Below, one piece after another: positions 62,410 through 64,000 of a stretch of DNA of 64,000 nucleotides. How positions within the stretch are numbered: the first letter of the stretch is position 1; the number at the start of each line of letters is the position of its first letter. Position numbers and translations under genes: made by a program. The stretch is from a virus, in the IMG/VR virus record IMGVR_UViG_3300047557_003034, positions 13,362 through 77,361 of that record; one strand, 5' to 3'. Under the pieces are notes generated by a model. The model saw nothing but the letters and a program-made list of their open reading frames with translations, had not been told where the DNA came from and searched no databases.

Positions 62410-63156
62410 ATGAAATTTGTTTGCGTAAGCGATACACATACTAAACATGGAAAGTTAGGTAGCTCTCTAACGCTGCCAGACGGTGATGTGTTGCTTCATG
62501 CAGGAGACTTTTCAAATGTAGGTGGTAGACATGAGGTAGATGGTTTCTTTAACTGGCTTATCAAACAAGCACCTCGCTATACATACGGAATTGTGTTTAT
62601 AGCAGGTAACCACGATAAGTCGTTTGACACTAAGTATAAACATCTATTCGCACTCAAAGAAGCTCCAGGAGGGAAACCTCAGTGGCTTGTTGACATGCTG
62701 GAAGATTTAACTGAGGAAGGTAGTAATGTTACCTACTTAGAAAACAGCTCTGTAGAACTCAACGGAACTAAGATATGGGGTAGTCCTTATAGTCCGTGGT
62801 ATTATGGAGATAGGTGGGCATTCAATAAACGTAGAGGAAAAGAAATAGCAGAAGTTTGGAATCTAATACCTGTGAATACAGATATCGTAATCACACATAC
62901 CCCAGTAGCTTACAAACTTGATTGGATTCCATCCACACAAGAATATGTAGGATGCTATGATCTAGGTAGAAGATTAGAAGACGTTAGACCAAGACTTCAT
63001 GTATCAGGTCATATTCATGAAAGCTTTGGAGTTGATAGAAACCTAGATACAACTTTCATAAATGCATCAACTTGTAATGAATACTACGATGCAGCAAATG
63101 AACCGATTGTAGTCACTATTGAAGATGGTGAAGTAACCGTAGAAGATAAACAATAA
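62410..63156 (+). CDS. Calcineurin-like metallophosphoesterase
   Basis: SDTH, HAGD, AGNHD, THTP, GHIHE; ATG at 62410. Confidence 0.88.
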   Translation: MKFVCVSDTHTKHGKLGSSLTLPDGDVLLHAGDFSNVGGRHEVDGFFNWLIKQAPRYTYGIVFIAGNHDKSFDTKYKHLFALKEAPGGKPQWLVDMLEDLTEEGSNVTYLENSSVELNGTKIWGSPYSPWYYGDRWAFNKRRGKEIAEVWNLIPVNTDIVITHTPVAYKLDWIPSTQEYVGCYDLGRRLEDVRPRLHVSGHIHESFGVDRNLDTTFINASTCNEYYDAANEPIVVTIEDGEVTVEDKQ

Positions 63157-63160
63157 AACA

Positions 63161-63415
63161 ATGAACGTATTATACTTTACAGCTGAGTGGTGTGGTCCTT
63201 GCAAAGCATTTAAACCTATTGTAAATCAAGTTGTTCTGCAAACTGGAATAAACATACAATACGTGGATGTTGATGCATCGAGAGACTTGGCAGCAAACTA
63301 CCAAATAGCATCAGTACCAACTATACTAATTCTGAAAGATGGACAAGTAGAAGCAAGAAAGTCAGGTGCTATGAGTGCAGAAGATCTGAAAAGATTTTTC
63401 TCTCAACACAGATAA
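63161..63415 (+). CDS. trxA: Thioredoxin
   Basis: WCGPC active site, SVPT cis-Pro loop. Confidence 0.9.
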   Translation: MNVLYFTAEWCGPCKAFKPIVNQVVLQTGINIQYVDVDASRDLAANYQIASVPTILILKDGQVEARKSGAMSAEDLKRFFSQHR

Positions 63416-63449
63416 CGAGCTATTTATATATACAAGATCTTTGAACTAC

Positions 63450-63841
63450 GGGGGTAAATTGGTATCGATTGCTATGAGAATGGTAATACCACATGCAGGC
63501 ATTTGAGTATACTGCCTTAGAAGATACTAAACAATAACTGACGAAGTGTCAACAATGACCTTCGAAGACCTTATGGACTTCGTTGGTGCCGACTACGCCA
63601 TGGCTGCTTAGTCCGCAATGGGTGTGAGTAACCTAGAAACAGAATACCACCGAGTACTCACGATCGACTCGTTAAATAAGGATGGTGTTATGGCATTCCT
63701 GCTTGAGCCATGTAATTAAGTAGGTGGTGGAAACGACCACAAAGGTCAGCCCTACTGATCAGACTTGTTCAGATCTAAGCATGTGACACGTTGGTGTTAT
63801 TGTTACTTAGCAAGACGTAGGTTCGAATCCTACTACCTCCA
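63450..63841 (+). ncRNA. ssrA: tmRNA (transfer-messenger RNA)
   Basis: 5' GGGGGTA pairs with 3' TACCTCC+A including the G3:U alanyl wobble. T-arm GTAGG-TTCGAAT-CCTAC. The tag ORF at 63540-63611 follows AATAACT and encodes DEVSTMTFEDLMDFVGADYAMAA*. Confidence 0.92.
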
Positions 63842-63888
63842 CTGGGTGCCGTTTTGTGTTTTTTAGCTATTTATACTAAAGGTATAAA

Positions 63889-64000
63889 ATGGTTAAAAAG
63901 GAGTATGGTAGTAGAAAAAAATACCATTACATTTATAGAACAACTAATACCATTAGTGGTAGATATTATGTAGGTATGCATTCTACAAACGATCTTAACG
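63889..64000 (+). mobile_element. GIY-YIG (Seg-like) homing endonuclease, 3'-truncated by the window edge
   Basis: MVKKEYGSRKKYHYIYRTTNTISGRYYVGMHSTNDLN has the YIY..TN...GR.YVG.H pattern; TATTTATA upstream. Confidence 0.75.

Noticed and set aside
63812-63841. Stand-alone tRNA gene suggested by the GGTTCGAATCC T-arm
   Set aside because: It is the 3' tRNA-like domain of the tmRNA; there is no anticodon arm

Overview
This window is part of a large contractile-tailed (myovirus-like) bacteriophage genome. The host is probably Bacteroidota, inferred from -33/-7 type promoters and A-rich ribosome-binding regions without Shine-Dalgarno sequences. Nearly all genes lie on the + strand. In order: (1) two giant Gly/Ser/Asn/Cys-rich ~15-residue-repeat fibre proteins with C-terminal peptidase-S74 chaperones, plus LamG lectin-domain proteins; (2) an operon with a GT9-like glycosyltransferase, a sulfotransferase, APS kinase, a cupin, ADP-heptose enzymes (HldC/HldA/HldD), a HIGH-motif nucleotidyltransferase and a DUF2061-like protein; (3) a tail module with sheath, tube, a frameshifted chaperone, tape measure and baseplate genes; (4) replication genes (two PolA-family proteins, SSB, RecA, DenV, 5'-3' exonuclease, DnaB, class II RNR); (5) a 7-deazaguanine DNA-modification locus (folE, queD, queE, dpdL-like, dpdA-like) interleaved with a PRTase, a nucleotide kinase, a dUTPase-fold enzyme and an Acb1-like 2H phosphoesterase; (6) GroES/GroEL, a metallophosphoesterase, thioredoxin, a tmRNA with an unusually long tag, and the start of a GIY-YIG endonuclease. 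The two best candidates for novel systems are a phage-encoded heptosylation plus sulfation pathway next to adhesin-like fibres, and a possible pre-replicative route to a 7-deazaguanine-substituted genome. All protein assignments come from motif recognition by eye; no database searches were run.
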